Assembly (NCBI GenBank): GCA_008632985.1
Contig: QPGO01000129.1
Coordinates: forward strand, 124,001-188,000
Reading direction: 5' to 3'
Length of the DNA: 64,000 bases
Source: Psammoneis japonica
Taxonomy: Eukaryota
This document shows positions 61,606 to 64,000 of the stretch, in pieces. The first letter of the stretch is position 1, and every line of letters starts with the position of its first letter. Under the pieces are notes generated by a model, which saw only the letters and a program-made list of their open reading frames with translations, did no database searches and was not told where the DNA came from. Both the position numbers and the translations under genes were made by a program.

Positions 61606-64000
61606 TGACAGGATTTGAACAGGATTTGGGGTGCGCACGAAGTGTCGCGCGCTGTTTAGTTTACCGTGCACAGTTTTGTGTGCTTTAGTTCCGCGCGTTC
61701 ACGCGCGATGTAGTTTGCTTTCGAGCCACAAGGCTCACAAGAATAATGACAGTAGCCCGATTGTGTGCCGACTCACACGTCTTTCGGCTCCTGCAACGGT
61801 CTCTGAGCGGAGACTCATCTGCTGTTTAGACAGCAGTAAGGAGTTATTGTTTGAATTCTTGCCATTTGCCTTCATTTCCTGTCAGATTAACAGTCTTGCT
61901 CATTGTCAACCCATTGAGCAACCGCCATCGTCGTCGTTGATTTACCAACGACGCTATTTCAATTCTACGTGGACCTCCGTATATATTCTACATACATCGG
62001 CAAGTCTACGCGCATTCGATACCAGGGCATCGGCAGGAAGTTAACGTCACCGTCAAGTCTCCTTACCGCTGGATATCTGGATTGATTACACTACCTTTGA
62101 CCGCTGAAGACATACATTCAACGGTCATATCCAAGTCTATCCTTGATCCTCATCCCTTGATATACCTATTCATCGGTTAACGGTCAAGAACCCTACATAT
62201 TCAAGGATCTTCGTCGCTGAAGACATGTATATATATACATGTCTTCACGGCCAAGAACCTGTACCCACTCTTCGGACTGCGGTTTTGCCACCACTCTGCA
62301 GGCACACCGAGTCCATTGTACCTGATCTACCCCGGACTGCTGGTGCTCTACAGTTCTGCTGGGTCCACGAGGACGACTGTGAGAGCAAGTGGCCGTGATT
62401 GCAGCCTGCGTTGGGGCGAGGGTGCTTTCCCACGTTTGTTCGTTCGTCCACAGCGCCTGACGCCTACGTCAACTGGCCAGCCTGATCGGGAAATCCAACC
62501 GACATAAAATAAGAACGGTTCGGGGGTCTTGTCCACCTCCAGTCAGCTTGCCTGCAGGGGTTTACAACCCGCTGCTCCGCTCGCAAGCAACCCAAAGCGC
62601 CACCAGCTTCGGGTTCGGACGTGCCGGCACAACTCTGCGGACCGGATGGGAAGTTTAGCACTTGACAACAAACGGGATGACAAAGCCCGGCGACTTCTGA
62701 TTTTAAGACAGTTCAAGATTTCAAGTCAAGTCTGTTTCAAGTCAAGTCTGTTCTCACCCAAGTTTCGAGTCTACCTTCTCTTCCCAACCAGAATTGATTG
62801 TCCTGACACCACTTTTGTCTGCCATGGTTCTCACTCGTCAGCAACAAACCGATGGTTTCGAGCACGTGGTTGGAACCGTGCTTGCCCAAGGTGCTGGGAG
62901 TCCTCTTCGTTTGGCTTTGGCCCAAGACGGCACGGACTCGCATCAGGAACTGTTCACGTTCATGCCGTCCCAAATCGACTCGCTTGAGTGCGACAACGGC
63001 ACTAATGCAATCCCTTTGCCCCGTGGTTATAAGAACATGTTAGCAGCACTGGTCAGTCTGTACATTGTCAAAGCACACAAAGGTCTTGACGTTGCCAACG
63101 ACTCCTCTTTGTTCACGCATGACGAGTTCCTTGCCTGCCGCCTCAGCCCCGACTGCATGTCTTCTGTGTCCATCGGCAGCTCACCCCTTGCACCTCCACA
63201 TGTCACCAACCCGACCAAGGCACGCGACCCGGTGCGGGACTTCAAGCGAGGCATCAAGCGTGATCCCACCGCTTTCACGGCTCTCAAATCCGACAAGCAG
63301 TGGCACACTTGGCACACCTCACTTGTGGCACAAGCCCGTGCCCAAGACGTCGAGTGCATTCTAGACTCGTCGTACAAACCGACCAGCCCCGAAGACAAAC
63401 TGCTCTTTGCTGAACAGCAAAAGCACATGTTCGCCGTCTTCGAACGCATCCTTCTCACCGACAAGGGCAAGGCTCTCATTCGCGAAAATGTGGGGTCTTC
63501 TGACGCACAGACCGTCTGCCGCTCCTTGTCTGAGTGCGCGCTTGCCTCCACCCGTGCATCTGTCGAGTCCTCCACCCTGCTCACGCACCTGACCACCGCT
63601 CGTCTTGGTGATGGCACTTGGAAAGGTCCGACCCACGGGTTCATCCTTCATTGGCAAGATCAGTTGCGCAAGTGCGAGGCACTCATCCCGGCCAGTGACC
63701 ACTTCTCTGAAGGACAGAAGCGCGTCATGCTCGAGAATGCCGTGCACCCTGTCGAGGAACTCCGTGCTGTCAAGAACCAAGCTGATCAGCATCGTGCGCA
63801 GAGTGGCAAGAGCCTCACATGCGATCAACACTGTGGCTTGCTCCTCTCCGCGGCAGCTCAGTGCGACAGCACGTTTCAACCCAAGACGACACCTCGAGCT
63901 CCCCGACGCGCCACACACGCACATGACGTCTGCTCCGAGGAACCGTCCGACGATGTGTTCTACGACATTGACAGCGACGTTGACGTCCTTCAGGCCAATG
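61606..64000 (+). mobile_element. Ty1/copia element C (same family as B): 5' LTR, leader and gag, only partly mutated; runs off the window
   Basis: LTR 61606-61884 (tgacaggatttgaac...ttcctgtca) is homologous to the B LTRs. gag starts at ATG 62824 (MVLTRQQQTDGF), includes RDPVRDFKRGIKRD and appears open to the window end. Confidence 0.93.

Larger units (their letters stand above)
33200..61650. other. TpA-depleted (hypermutated) repeat/pseudogene domain 2
   Basis: TA nearly absent for about 28 kb. Contains the copia elements, MITEs, tandem duplication and SET fragment listed below. Confidence 0.9.

Overview
Eukaryotic genomic DNA, most likely a diatom or other stramenopile (inferred from CoDi-like Ty1/copia elements and largely intronless genes). 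Three small gene islands of normal composition (about 17555-21930: MYND-finger protein and an atypical Hsp70 with a hydrophobic C-terminus; about 24965-26815 and about 29295-33190: ricin-B-like lectins and a PIG-T/GPI16-like gene) sit in a sea of decayed transposons, MITEs, tandem duplications and pseudogenes. The striking feature is that the repeat-rich domains have lost almost every TpA dinucleotide, while the gene islands have not. Comparisons among copies inside the window show the direction is TA to TG or CA (T:A to C:G transitions on both strands), favouring TAY/RTA and often sparing YTAR. The change arose independently in the two LTRs of single elements, so it acted on chromosomal DNA after insertion. 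Conserved tyrosines in the copia pol genes are converted to Cys or His (YVDD to CVDD). This looks like a repeat- or heterochromatin-targeted hypermutation system analogous to fungal RIP but with the opposite base change. I do not recognise it as a described system, and no enzyme for it is visible in the window.
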